64,000 bases of DNA from an uncultured Deferribacteres bacterium (GTDB lineage Bacteria > Zhuqueibacterota > JdFR-76 > DREG01): positions 4,967 to 68,966 of the forward strand of contig CAYXGW010000011.1 of assembly GCA_964464595.1 (NCBI GenBank), in the 5' to 3' direction. Position numbers and translations under genes: made by a program. The notes beneath the pieces were generated by a model that searched no databases, was not told where the DNA came from, and saw nothing but the letters and a program-made list of their open reading frames with translations. Numbering within the stretch: position 1 is the first letter of the stretch; the number at the start of each line of letters is the position of its first letter. Positions 1 to 10,308 of the stretch are shown here, piece after piece.

Positions 1-1857
1 AAAATCTATTTTCGCAAAAACAGATGTACGAACCGTTAGCTTTTCTTCACCGAATTTTGCCTTTAAATCGTTGACAATTTCCGGCGCCTCTAGCGTTAAA
101 AAACCATTATTAAGGGCGTTGCGCTTGTAGGTTTCCGAGAAAGACCCGGCGATGATTAAAGCGATGCCCCGATATTTGAGTGAGGTTGCCGCCTGTTCAC
201 GGGAACTGCCGGAACCAAAATTAAAACCGCCTACCAGAATATCGCCTTCCTTAACAAGGTTTGAAAATTCGGGATCGTAATTTTCCATCACAACCCGGGC
301 TTGCTGTTCAGGAGTAAAATTGTCAATATAAGTGTATTTACCGGGGTAGATGCCATCTGTATTAAGATTATCCTGGTGGCAAAAGATCAATTCTCCTTCC
401 AATACTTCCGGAAATCCATCCAGGATTTTGACAGAAGACTGCGATGAAATAGATTTCTCTTTTGACCAGCACTTTCCATTGGGGTTCCTATTTCCCCAAT
501 CACCTGGATAGTCAATTTTACCTGCAATTGCAGATGCGGCAACTACGGCAGGAGATGCGAGATAGGCCTCTGCGTTTCGCGATCCCATTCGTCCTTTAAA
601 ATTGCGGTTTGTCGCTGAGATACCGACTTCGCCATCTTCCAACGTGCCTTTACCCAACCCTATGCACGGACCACATCCCGGCGGCAATGGAATAGCCCCT
701 GCAGCAACCAATGCCTGCCAATCGCCACGTTTTTCGCTTTCAATCTGGACTTCACTTGAAGCTGCTGCAATATAAAATTCAACTCCAGACGCAACTATTC
801 TGTTTTTAATTATCTCCGCCGCTATCGCCAAATCTTCAACCCGGCTGTTTACGCAGGAAACCAGGTAAGCTTTTTGAATTTTCACATCCCGGTTGCGCAT
901 ATCAGCAATCGAGGACATTATCTTAACGGAATTTGGCCCGGAAACATGCGGCTGAACGGTATCCATTTCCAACTGCAATTCTCTGGCATAACCAGCGCCA
1001 GGATCGGCAGTTAACTCCGCTAATTTTGATTCCAGCTTTTCAATCCTACCACGGTTAAGACGTGGATGCTCACCTGACCCATCTACATCCGAAGGAACAT
1101 TTGCCGGCCCCCGTTTCACCATAAATTCAGCGCGGTGTTTCAACCAAGCAACCGTGACTTCATCAGCCGGAAATACACCGGCAAGCCCACCCCATTCCGT
1201 AGTCATATTCGCAATGGTTAGACGTTCATCGATGGTTAAATATTGAATGCCATCACCTGTAAATTCAATGACGTGGTTCAGAACTTCATCTTCATTAAAA
1301 AAACCGCATAGCGAAATAATCACATCTTTTCCGGTGACTCCAGGTTTCAACATGCCGGTCAGCTCGACTTTAGCCACCGGAGGGACTTGCCACCAGGTTC
1401 TTCCAGTAGCCCAGATTGCAGCAGCATCCGTGCGCACGACAGGCGTACCAAGACAACCGATACCGCCATACATATTGGAATGGCTGTCGGATGCAACCAC
1501 CAAGGTACCGGGCCATGCATATCCTTCTTCGACCAAAACCTGGTGTCCAATACCGCGCCCGGCTGGGTAAAAGTCAGCACCCATTTCATGGGCAAACTCT
1601 TCTATTTTAGCATATTTTTCTAAATTGGCTTTACTCTTGTTTTGAATGTCGTGATCGATGGTACATACCACTTGCCGGGGATTGGCTAGCTTTTTCGCTC
1701 CAATGCTGCGAAATTTTGGGATCACAGCCCCGGTGTTGTCATGAGTCATGACATATGCCGGTTGAATTGAAAGATAATCACCACTATGGACTATATGTCC
1801 GTCGTCCAGATCGACGGCATATTTTTGAGCTATTTTTTCGATATAATTTTGGGTCAT
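1..1857 (-). CDS. Aconitase-family hydratase/dehydratase, fused large+small subunit type (LeuC/LeuD- or homoaconitase-like). The gene runs off the window start, so the C-terminus is missing.
   Basis: Reverse translation from the ATG at 1857 reads MTQNYIEKIAQKYAVDLDDGHIVHSGDYLSIQPAYVMTHDNTGAV..., then a Cys-containing Fe-S region (VSCVNSR, GCGPCIGLG) and a LeuD-like swivel domain (GDILVGGFNFGSGSSREQAA). The open frame continues to position 1 with no stop. It is absent from the ORF track because it is truncated. Confidence 0.6.
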   Translation of the reverse strand, partial: MTQNYIEKIAQKYAVDLDDGHIVHSGDYLSIQPAYVMTHDNTGAVIPKFRSIGAKKLANPRQVVCTIDHDIQNKSKANLEKYAKIEEFAHEMGADFYPAGRGIGHQVLVEEGYAWPGTLVVASDSHSNMYGGIGCLGTPVVRTDAAAIWATGRTWWQVPPVAKVELTGMLKPGVTGKDVIISLCGFFNEDEVLNHVIEFTGDGIQYLTIDERLTIANMTTEWGGLAGVFPADEVTVAWLKHRAEFMVKRGPANVPSDVDGSGEHPRLNRGRIEKLESKLAELTADPGAGYARELQLEMDTVQPHVSGPNSVKIMSSIADMRNRDVKIQKAYLVSCVNSRVEDLAIAAEIIKNRIVASGVEFYIAAASSEVQIESEKRGDWQALVAAGAIPLPPGCGPCIGLGKGTLEDGEVGISATNRNFKGRMGSRNAEAYLASPAVVAASAIAGKIDYPGDWGNRNPNGKCWSKEKSISSQSSVKILDGFPEVLEGELIFCHQDNLNTDGIYPGKYTYIDNFTPEQQARVVMENYDPEFSNLVKEGDILVGGFNFGSGSSREQAATSLKYRGIALIIAGSFSETYKRNALNNGFLTLEAPEIVNDLKAKFGEEKLTVRTSVFAKIDF

Positions 1858-2162
1858 GTTTAACTGTTTCTTTTTATCAGGACTTAATTTGTTTGTGTAT
1901 TAAGTTATTGAATAACGACCTGCTATATTGGTCTCGCTGCCATATCATTTTACTTTAATATATAGAACCTTGGTTAATGATTCCAATCTTGACCACAGAT
2001 CACAATAATTTCATCAGGTTTTCACGATGCATTATTTTTCGACTTATTAAGCATAAATGCCAATAAAAACAAACCCCCATCAAATTTAGTGGGGAACAAT
2101 GAGAAATGAAGTAAGTCAGTATAATCACTTAACCTGAAGAATCTGAAGAATTTCAAAACAAA

Positions 2163-2188
2163 AAAGCCGGCTAAAAACCGGCTTTTTA
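2163..2188. terminator. Rho-independent terminator, probably bidirectional
   Basis: Perfect 7-bp stem aagccgg / ccggctt with a 7-nt loop. It is flanked by an A-run on the left and a T-run on the right, 25 bp downstream of the minus-strand gene that ends at 2211. Confidence 0.5.
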
Positions 2189-2210
2189 AATTCAAGTAAA
2201 GTAAATTTTT

Positions 2211-3233
2211 TTATCGTCGAACCAACTTTATACCCCCGCCTGAGGATCTAAGTGTAAGCATCGGTCCACCGCCATTTAATTCACCGCGCAACCTGCTTCT
2301 GGATAATTTTCCTTGTACTTTTACCGGAAAATCAACCCTCACCCTGCCGCCTGAAGTTCTGGCATCGATGTCTGCCTTAACATTCTCGTCCATATAAAGT
2401 GTAACGGAACCACCGGAAGTCTTCAAGAATATCGGCCCTGAAGGTTGTCCAACCAATTCTGTTTTTATACTGCCGCCAGACGTTGAAGCAGTAACTTCTC
2501 CCGAAATATCAACTAATCGAATTCCACCTCCGGATGTATGTGCATCTAAGTCACCGCTCATCCCTTCGGCTGTTATTGATCCTCCTGACGTCTTACATTG
2601 GATAGAACCTTCGCAATCCATAACTTTAATGCTGCCTCCGGAGGTCTTTAAATATGCATCACCGGTAATATTCTTAGCTGATACCGAACCGCCACTTGTT
2701 CTTGCCTGGATATCTCCGGTTAATTCATCTAACCTTAAAGAACCACCGGAAGTTTTCAATTTTATTTCACCATTTACATATTCAACTTCTACGCTCCCCC
2801 CGGATGTAACAATGTCCAAATCAAATTTAGAGGGAACCTCAATCTCATAAATGATTTTCAATTTATTCCAAAAAGAACTTCTCCAGAATCCGGGTTTGTC
2901 ATATTCTCCATAGATCTCAACGCCATTTCTGGTCTGGTTAAAATCCAATTTAAACCGTTCAAACAATTCTTCTGCGCGATCCTTACTGACTCGATTGACG
3001 CCTTTTATGACTTTAACAGTCACTTCATTCCCGGAACCGCCAACTATTTTCACTGACCCTTTATCCGTATCAATGAGTAAAACCTGGCCATTTTTCACTG
3101 AGAAATTCTTTTCAACTACTTCTTGATACTTAAACTTGTCGTCATATTTCCCGGCATATGCACAACTAAAAGCAAAGATCGTTAAAAGTAGTACCCAGGA
3201 AAATTTCCATCTTAAATAAAGATTACTTTGCAT
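2211..3233 (-). CDS. Secreted DUF4097-family (putative adhesin / beta-helix) protein
   Basis: N-terminal signal peptide (WVLLLTIFAFSCAYA). There are more than 10 tandem ~18-aa repeats of the form (K/R)TSGGS(I/V)xxxxxxG(D/E)I. The C-terminus KLSRSRLRGELNGGGPMLTLRSSGGGIKL is typical of DUF4097/YvlB-like proteins. Confidence 0.6.
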   Translation of the reverse strand: MQSNLYLRWKFSWVLLLTIFAFSCAYAGKYDDKFKYQEVVEKNFSVKNGQVLLIDTDKGSVKIVGGSGNEVTVKVIKGVNRVSKDRAEELFERFKLDFNQTRNGVEIYGEYDKPGFWRSSFWNKLKIIYEIEVPSKFDLDIVTSGGSVEVEYVNGEIKLKTSGGSLRLDELTGDIQARTSGGSVSAKNITGDAYLKTSGGSIKVMDCEGSIQCKTSGGSITAEGMSGDLDAHTSGGGIRLVDISGEVTASTSGGSIKTELVGQPSGPIFLKTSGGSVTLYMDENVKADIDARTSGGRVRVDFPVKVQGKLSRSRLRGELNGGGPMLTLRSSGGGIKLVRR

Positions 3234-3412
3234 ATCTTAAACTCCTTCATTATTTCAAGATGTCTAAAGACTATAACCAAGATGCAAAATATATATAAAA
3301 TAACTCTAGAGGATACGTTTTGTCAAGTAAAATGTTTCAACTTAATTATGGATATTATTATCAAAAAACTTTACATTTTGCAGAATCATTTTAACATAAG
3401 CAGGTTGGATTT

Positions 3413-4672
3413 TTGCAAGGAAATACAAATTTTGATATCGTTACAAATATCGCAGTAATCGGAGCCGGTCCGGGCGGTTGCGCAACTTCATTATTTCTAT
3501 CCAAAGCAGGGATTCATCACACCTTATTTGACAAGGCAATTTTCCCAAGAGATAAAGTTTGCGGGGATGCCATTAGCGGCAAAGCGATAGCTGTTTTCAA
3601 CCAACTCGATCCATCTTTACTTGATGGTATTAGAAGGAAGGAATCCGCATTCCTGGGCAGTTGGGGTGTCACTTTTGTCGCGCCAAATGGTAAACCGCTT
3701 GAGGTACCATTTAAGATGAACTTAAAAGAACAAATAGATGCCCCGGGATTTATCGCCAAACGAATTGATTTCGATAATTATCTCGTTGAGCAATTAGATC
3801 ACAAGTCAGCAGACATCCATTTTGATGCGTTTATAAAAAATGTCGAGCACACAATCGATGGCATAAAGATTATTTTTCAGCATGAAGGGAAAGAGAAAAC
3901 CTGCCTGGCACAATTGGTCATTGGCGCCGAAGGAGATCGGTCTATTGTGGCAAAAAAACTAGCCAATCATAAAATGGAGCCTAAGTATTACTGCGCAGGC
4001 ATTCGTGCTTATTATGAAAATGTAACCGGACTTCATGAAAATAACTTTATCGAACTACATTTTCTACGAGATGTTTTACCGGGTTATTTCTGGATTTTCC
4101 CTTTGCCAAATAATATGGTAAATATCGGCGTAGGTATGCTCGCTACAGCAGCCCGCAAAAAGAATGTCAACATCAAAAAAGTTATGCTAAATGCGATCAA
4201 AGAAAATCCCACCATAAAAGACAGGTTTAAAGATTCAATTCTCCGGGGCCAAATCAAGGGTTGGGGGCTTCCATTGGGTTCTATTAAAAGAAAACTATCA
4301 GGTGATCGGTTCATGCTAGTGGGAGACGCCGCGTCGTTAATCGATCCGTTTACAGGTGAAGGAATTGGCAATGCTTTTGTGACCGGCAAAATCGCTGCAA
4401 AAATTTCTCAACAAGCGCTTGAAGAGAAAAACTTTTCCGGTTCATTCCTGGCTAAATATGATGAAGAAGTCTATACTGAATTATGGAGCGAGCTGAAATT
4501 AAGCCATACATTGCAAAAGTTAGTAAATTTCCCCTGGTTGTTCAATTTTCTGGTTAACAAAGCGAGCAAGAATAAGACGATACAAGAAACTATCACTTGT
4601 ATGTTTGAAGACTTAGATATGAGGGCAAAATTGCGCTCGCCATCCTTTTATTTTAAGTTACTGTTTAATTAA
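3413..4672 (+). CDS. FAD-dependent oxidoreductase of the geranylgeranyl reductase family
   Basis: N-terminal Rossmann dinucleotide motif IAVIGAGPGGCATSLFL. The protein is about 420 aa, with a DKVCGDAIS motif and LVGDAASLIDPFTGEGI near the C-terminus (the GG-reductase signature). Confidence 0.75.
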   Translation: MQGNTNFDIVTNIAVIGAGPGGCATSLFLSKAGIHHTLFDKAIFPRDKVCGDAISGKAIAVFNQLDPSLLDGIRRKESAFLGSWGVTFVAPNGKPLEVPFKMNLKEQIDAPGFIAKRIDFDNYLVEQLDHKSADIHFDAFIKNVEHTIDGIKIIFQHEGKEKTCLAQLVIGAEGDRSIVAKKLANHKMEPKYYCAGIRAYYENVTGLHENNFIELHFLRDVLPGYFWIFPLPNNMVNIGVGMLATAARKKNVNIKKVMLNAIKENPTIKDRFKDSILRGQIKGWGLPLGSIKRKLSGDRFMLVGDAASLIDPFTGEGIGNAFVTGKIAAKISQQALEEKNFSGSFLAKYDEEVYTELWSELKLSHTLQKLVNFPWLFNFLVNKASKNKTIQETITCMFEDLDMRAKLRSPSFYFKLLFN

Positions 4673-4776
4673 AACCATGATTATTTTGAAAGAGAAGCCA
4701 TGGCTGCAAACATCATAACTTAGGTCGGAATTTTGGGGGTAAGAAGAATACTCAGTTCCTTTTATTTTATCTAATG

Positions 4777-6132
4777 TCAATTAATTCTAGGAATCAAAAT
4801 CAACTCTTCCTGCCTGCCATCAATAAACCAAACTTTTGAACCATCAAAAAAAGCATCTTCTTCCAGCATGATTCGAATTTCTTTTTGATTCCATTCCGGA
4901 ATTGCAACTGTAGCATTTAATTCAATTGAATAGGCAGTGTTTGGGTAAAGCGGGTAATCGCCACGGCCCGGAACTCCTCCCTGTTGATCCCACATTCCAA
5001 CCGTTGGTCCGGCAGCGTGGCCGTGGAAACCAATGGGATGCGTGTAGATGGAAGGTTTGATTCCTTCCGCTTTTGCTTGTTCCAGGGATTTGCTAAGAAT
5101 TTCATTTCCCGTTCTGCCCTTTTTGAAATTGGATGTTAAAATATCCTGGAGACGGTTTCCGGTTTTTAACGCTTTCCTTAATCCTGCCGGTGCTTCATTT
5201 TCTCCTGGTTTTAAAACATAGGCATGTTGCTGGGTATCCGTATTGAGTCGCAGGTAGGTAATACCAAAATCGATATGGAGCAGATCGCCTTGCAAAATGA
5301 TATCCGAACCTGGCCTAGAGGCAAAAGAGCTTCTCTTCTCTGGTTCCCCGCTCCTTTGAATTGAGACACTGGGATGAAACCAGGTTTGCAGCTTTAATCC
5401 GGCAATACGTTCTCGATACCACCATTCGACGTCGTCAGTACTTGTTACCCCAGGCTGAATCACATGCACTGACAATCCCTCGGCAATGATTTCATGAGCA
5501 ATTTTACAAACAAGCGGATAAACGTGCATTTCTTCCGGAGTGCGAGTCTCAAGCCATCCGATTGCCAAGTTTTCCCCAGGCACAATTCTCTTTTTATATT
5601 TATCGGGAATGGCTTTTCTAAAACTCTCAAATTCTGCATGCGAAATCCCATCTGCCAAAGCAAAAGTATTAGACCAATTGACCGCAATTTTTTCAGGATC
5701 TTTATCTGCGATGATTTCCGCCAATCTTTTCCATTGGTCAGGTTGTTTCTCTTTATCCCAGGCACGTTCAAAAGATTCTCCAATATCATATCTTGCAACA
5801 GCCAAACGCTCTATGTTACTTTCTTTGCCGGGATCATACATAACCAGAATCGTCCTGCGCCGGGCAGCCATCCAATTAGCCGGCAGCATGGTTTTAATCA
5901 CCGGATCTTCATTATATTCCCGGGCAATCACGATCCACATATCGATGCCTTCCCTGCGCATCAATTCCGGCAGCACCGTGTTCAACCGCAGTTGCAGCCA
6001 TCGATTAATTACCTCGGATCGTTCTTTTAGAGGTAATACCACTGGCATTTTAGGTTGAGCCAGGGAAGGGATTGTATTTGCAAAAATGAACAGAATGAAT
6101 AATAAGAACCTGTGTAATTTTATGAATGACAT
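4777..6132 (-). CDS. Secreted M24-family metallopeptidase (Xaa-Pro peptidase / creatinase-like)
   Basis: Signal peptide, a creatinase-like N-domain and a pita-bread C-domain with metal-ligand-like stretches (HIDFGITY, HPIGFHGHAAGP, SIELN). Confidence 0.55.
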   Translation of the reverse strand: MSFIKLHRFLLFILFIFANTIPSLAQPKMPVVLPLKERSEVINRWLQLRLNTVLPELMRREGIDMWIVIAREYNEDPVIKTMLPANWMAARRRTILVMYDPGKESNIERLAVARYDIGESFERAWDKEKQPDQWKRLAEIIADKDPEKIAVNWSNTFALADGISHAEFESFRKAIPDKYKKRIVPGENLAIGWLETRTPEEMHVYPLVCKIAHEIIAEGLSVHVIQPGVTSTDDVEWWYRERIAGLKLQTWFHPSVSIQRSGEPEKRSSFASRPGSDIILQGDLLHIDFGITYLRLNTDTQQHAYVLKPGENEAPAGLRKALKTGNRLQDILTSNFKKGRTGNEILSKSLEQAKAEGIKPSIYTHPIGFHGHAAGPTVGMWDQQGGVPGRGDYPLYPNTAYSIELNATVAIPEWNQKEIRIMLEEDAFFDGSKVWFIDGRQEELILIPRIN

Positions 6133-6473
6133 CGATTTATCCTTTTACGATACCAATGATCTTATATTTAAAAATATTTCTCTTAAGGACTAGATAAGAA
6201 TTCAAATCAAACTAGACAGGATTTACATGATATACAAGATAAAAAATGTTCATCCAGGTAATGTGTACTTATTTTTTCAAAAAGATGAAGATTGGGTCAA
6301 CAAGATGAACAAATCTAAAATGAAGATGTTTCTTTTGAACCCGTTGTAACGGCTGCCTTTAGCCCTTTTTTGCTTAAACCACGCTAAATTTCGCATTGCA
6401 ATATATAAAACCAATGCATTGTTTTGTGTTTTCTTTGCGACATTTGCGGTTCAAATTCTATGGTCAATCAATC

Positions 6474-7487
6474 CTATTGAATAAACATCATTTTCGCAGA
6501 TTGAGAAAAGTCACCGGCCTGGAGTCGATAAACATAAACTCCACTGGCTATTGGCTGGCCTAACTGATTTGTGCCATCCCAGGTTACCGTGTAAACCCCG
6601 GCATCACGAGGTCCTTCAACCAAAGTTTTAATTTCCCGTCCGCTCAAATCAAAAATCTTCAAAGTAACCAAACCACTCTTTGCTAATCTATAGTTGATGG
6701 TTGTAAATGGATTGAATGGATTGGGATAGTTTTGATGAAGTTCAAAATCCGATGGCCCTAATATTTCATTGGCAACAGAAGTGGTTGGAGTGTAGTTAAC
6801 AGTTAATTGAGGACGATTCCCTTCAGTGGGATTTTCACGAGAATCAAACCGTTTTGCAGTTGTACTGCTACTTTCATCACCTATTACGATCCAACCAAAG
6901 TTATTCGCCGGGTTATCCAACCAATCCTGCACATCAGCCACCATTTCTACAGTTGATCCCCATGTATAACCGCCTGTATTATTGACCGTCTGATTGCTGC
7001 TTTCAGTTGCAGAAAAATCACCACCTGCATTAGCCCAATTAGTCGTATTAAAAAAGCTATGGATCCAGGTAGCATCTCCAGTAGACGCAGGACCACCGTT
7101 ACCCTCGCCACCCCCATCTCCAGTTGCAATTGATAAACCTTCACCCCAGTCCGCCTCCACGCGATGCAAAGACACGGTTGTTCCACCGGCAATAGTTTTC
7201 GACATATTTAATGTAAGCTTGACACTGTCGATATTTGAACCAGACGGAATACTATCGCTAATTGCGAATGACACTAAACCACGTCGGATCAGATTAGCAC
7301 CTGAATTTCCCGCGAAAAAATGCATCCCGGCGCCATTGCTTAATACCCCTGATGCACTTTCGTAAAGAGTATTGTCTTTTGCAGGAAAAAGTGTTTTTTC
7401 ATTTTGAGCAATAGCAGCTGAGTTTAAGATTAAATTAAAGCTTAAGAATAAAAATAAAGATTGTAACAATTTCATTTTCACCTCCAT
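6474..7487 (-). CDS. Secreted protein carrying a T9SS type-A C-terminal sorting domain (CTD)
   Basis: Signal peptide (LFLFLSFNLILNSAAIA|QNEK). The C-terminal ~80 aa read NYPNPFNPFTTINYRLAKSGLVTLKIFDLSGREIKTLVEGPRDAGVYTVTWDGTNQLGQPIASGVYVYRLQAGDFSQSAKMMFIQ, which matches the Por secretion tail pattern. Confidence 0.75.
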   Translation of the reverse strand: MEVKMKLLQSLFLFLSFNLILNSAAIAQNEKTLFPAKDNTLYESASGVLSNGAGMHFFAGNSGANLIRRGLVSFAISDSIPSGSNIDSVKLTLNMSKTIAGGTTVSLHRVEADWGEGLSIATGDGGGEGNGGPASTGDATWIHSFFNTTNWANAGGDFSATESSNQTVNNTGGYTWGSTVEMVADVQDWLDNPANNFGWIVIGDESSSTTAKRFDSRENPTEGNRPQLTVNYTPTTSVANEILGPSDFELHQNYPNPFNPFTTINYRLAKSGLVTLKIFDLSGREIKTLVEGPRDAGVYTVTWDGTNQLGQPIASGVYVYRLQAGDFSQSAKMMFIQ

Positions 7488-7625
7488 AATAAATTAAAAA
7501 AATACAGTTTATAGTTTAAATTGGATACTCATCATAATTTATTAAGATATTATTATCAAGCAAATAAATCGAAAAATCCGTATCTTACATCAACATTTAA
7601 TGAATCCATTTCTTTATCAAACCCT

Positions 7626-8522
7626 ATGAATTTAACAACGACCGGTAAAATTTCACCTCATATTGATTTTTTAGGTTCAAGTAGAATTTGTAACTACCTG
7701 GTGCATGGAGTTAAAGAATCCGCTCTTTTGGATACTGGGATGGCTTTAGACGCCGGGGATCTCTACTTGCAAATTCGCGAACATTTGAAGGATACTGACC
7801 GGCTTAGATGGATTTTGCTATCACATTCCCACTATGATCATTTGGGCGGCACGCCTTTTCTCATTAAACAGTTTCCACAAATCAAAACTGCTGCCCATCC
7901 CCAGGTGGATGAAATATTAAGCAAATCCTCCGCCATCAATCTGATTCAAAGACTAAATGCAGAATATGAAGCGCTCAGGAAAATGAAATCTGATTTTGAA
8001 TTTTCAGCTTTTCGCATTGACCATTTCCTAAAACATAATGAAATCATCGATCTGGGTAATGTATCCATTCAAGTCATTTACACTCCCGGACATACCAGAG
8101 GCTGTGTTTCCTTTTACATTTTACCGGATAGAGCGCTATTTGGTAGTGATGTTATCGGAGCTCCCTCACCGTCCGGCTATATTCAAACAGCCTTTTTGTC
8201 CGATTACAACCAATATTTAAATTCATTGTTGGAGCTGCAAAAGCTGGAAATCGAATTTCTCTGCTTGCCGCATGGAGGTGTGATCCAAGGTGCAACTGCC
8301 GCCAAAGAATTTCTGCAAAAATCAATTGATCAAACAATTTCATTGCGGGAAAGAATCACAAGATATTTGTTAGATTTGGATTATTCGGTTGATGCGGTAA
8401 CACAAAAAATAATTGATGAAGATTATCAAAAATACCAGGTCGAACAACCGGTCCAGGCTTTCAGATTAAACACACTTGCAATGGTGAATACAACCAAAAG
8501 AAATCTATTTAATCGGCCGTAA
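7626..8522 (+). CDS. MBL-fold metallo-hydrolase
   Basis: HxHxDH motif (LLSHSHYDHLGG) and downstream His/Asp ligands (YTPGHTRG, LPHGG). The ORF track opens at 7521; the Met at 7626 (MNLTTTGK...) gives a more typical length. Confidence 0.7.
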   Translation: MNLTTTGKISPHIDFLGSSRICNYLVHGVKESALLDTGMALDAGDLYLQIREHLKDTDRLRWILLSHSHYDHLGGTPFLIKQFPQIKTAAHPQVDEILSKSSAINLIQRLNAEYEALRKMKSDFEFSAFRIDHFLKHNEIIDLGNVSIQVIYTPGHTRGCVSFYILPDRALFGSDVIGAPSPSGYIQTAFLSDYNQYLNSLLELQKLEIEFLCLPHGGVIQGATAAKEFLQKSIDQTISLRERITRYLLDLDYSVDAVTQKIIDEDYQKYQVEQPVQAFRLNTLAMVNTTKRNLFNRP

Positions 8523-10065
8523 GATTATTTCTACCCGATTGAATCAAATTAGTCCTCAATTCATAAAGTTTGTGGGAAAGTAAAACGGGGTAATGGTCAG
8601 GTTTGATCAAATTTTTCATTCCGGTTTCCAATCGATCCAAATCCATTTGGCGAACTTCGCGCATTTCTTCAATGGTTGGCAATTCATAAACCAATTTACC
8701 TTTTCTGATGATATTAACAAGAAGAGGCTCGATCCTACTTAATTCAGCCTGGTTTATACTTTTCTTTTCGGCACCTTCAACTTCAAAAAGATCTATCGAT
8801 TGCTGCTCATTGGGATTTTCTTCATGCAGGCACAACATATCCGCCATTGCTTTGTTTTTTTGATCATACAATCGCCAAACATTTTTTACACCCGGGTTGT
8901 GGATCTTTTGCGGAGATTCGGATATTTTGTATGAGGGCAGCCATTGATCTTTCTTTTTAACTGCCGTTAATTTGTAAATCCCGCCCAAAGCGGACGCGCC
9001 CTGGGATGTAATCAAATGAGTGCCAACCCCATAAGAAAGCCGTTTAATAATCTTATCTGCATCGAGACCGCTTCGCGGCGCCAATTCGGTTATTTTTTCC
9101 AGGATCTCAATAAGTTTTAGCTCATCCAAATTGTCGGAAAGTACAATAATCGTATCCGAAAAACCCGCCTCATTCAGCATTTTAGTTGCCCGAACACTCA
9201 GAGCAGCTAAATCGCCGGAATCGAGGCGAATGCCTACCGGTTGACTCCCTTTTTTTCGCAGCTCTTCAAAAACCGTGATGGCATTGGGGATACCGCTATT
9301 TATCGTGTCGATAGTATCGACCAGAAGCAAGCAATCATCCGGATAGCAATCCGCATAAGCTCGAAATGCTTCCAATTCCCCCATGCCTATTGCCATAAAA
9401 GCCTGCACCATGGAATGGCCATGGGTTCCTTTTGGCGGGAAACCTAAAACGTGTGAGATACCCACATTTGAAGTAAAATCCGCACCACCGATTAATGCCG
9501 CTCTCGCCCCGGCATTCGCGCCAGTGCCATGACCTCTGCGCAATCCGAATTCCAGCAACGGTTGTCCCTTTCCGCTTAAGCAAACCCTGGCAGCTCTTGT
9601 TGCTACTAAGATGGGATAGTTAAGATGATTGAGCAAGGGAGTTTCAAGCAATTGGGCAATCGCCAACGGCCCTTCCACAACGGTTATGGGCTCATTGGGA
9701 TGGATCACCCGACCCTCCGGAATTGCCTTTAAAGAGATGTGTGCAAAATTTCCATTTCCCCGCAGCCAGGCCAAAAAATCTTCCTGAAAAACTGGTTTAC
9801 CCATCCGACCATTTTGGCTGCGGAGAAAATCAATATCCTCATCTCGGAAAGAAGATTCAGCCATCCAATCCAATAGCCATTCCAGACCTGCGTTGATACA
9901 AAATCCAGCCTTGTGTTCGCCATAATCAGGATATTGTCGGAAAAAATAATCAAACTGAACGGTCTGTTCATGCATTCCCATACGAAAATACAGCTGGGCC
10001 ATAGTTAGCTGATATTGATCCGTAAACAGTATCCCTTCGGCTGTTTTTCGATGGTTTTGTTTCAT
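8509..10065 (-). CDS. pncB: Nicotinate phosphoribosyltransferase
   Basis: N-terminal TDQYQLTMAQ (the TDxYKLxM NAPRTase signature). There is also a GTHGHSMV stretch matching the PMGTQAHEW region of PncB. The protein is 518 aa, like the long NAPRTase type. Confidence 0.8.
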   Translation of the reverse strand: MKQNHRKTAEGILFTDQYQLTMAQLYFRMGMHEQTVQFDYFFRQYPDYGEHKAGFCINAGLEWLLDWMAESSFRDEDIDFLRSQNGRMGKPVFQEDFLAWLRGNGNFAHISLKAIPEGRVIHPNEPITVVEGPLAIAQLLETPLLNHLNYPILVATRAARVCLSGKGQPLLEFGLRRGHGTGANAGARAALIGGADFTSNVGISHVLGFPPKGTHGHSMVQAFMAIGMGELEAFRAYADCYPDDCLLLVDTIDTINSGIPNAITVFEELRKKGSQPVGIRLDSGDLAALSVRATKMLNEAGFSDTIIVLSDNLDELKLIEILEKITELAPRSGLDADKIIKRLSYGVGTHLITSQGASALGGIYKLTAVKKKDQWLPSYKISESPQKIHNPGVKNVWRLYDQKNKAMADMLCLHEENPNEQQSIDLFEVEGAEKKSINQAELSRIEPLLVNIIRKGKLVYELPTIEEMREVRQMDLDRLETGMKNLIKPDHYPVLLSHKLYELRTNLIQSGRNNLTAD

Positions 10066-10308
10066 GAGTTAATTGCTTGTGAGAAAATAGATTCCTTCTA
10101 GAAACGAGATTGTGTGAAAAATGGAAATAATTGTTATTTCATTTTAAGAGCACGCAAATGTCAACCCGGAGGAATCTGGTTATGGTTTGTGTAATGTGAT
10201 GTTTTTAACAAGATTCTTCCAGAATGACATTTGTTGGATTTTTTAAATTCTGTGATGATTGGTTGTTTTCAGTTCTTCGTTTCTCCGATTCCAATTTCCA
10301 CATCTCAC

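Noticed and set aside
5494-6058. Plus-strand ORFs of 172-178 aa inside the M24 peptidase gene. Similar antisense ORFs occur at 53182..54741 and 56842..57393 inside the sprA-like gene and at 12377..13449 inside aspS.
   Set aside because: They are antisense to long, well-supported coding regions. Their composition is Arg/Ser/Pro-skewed in the way mirror-frame artefacts usually are.
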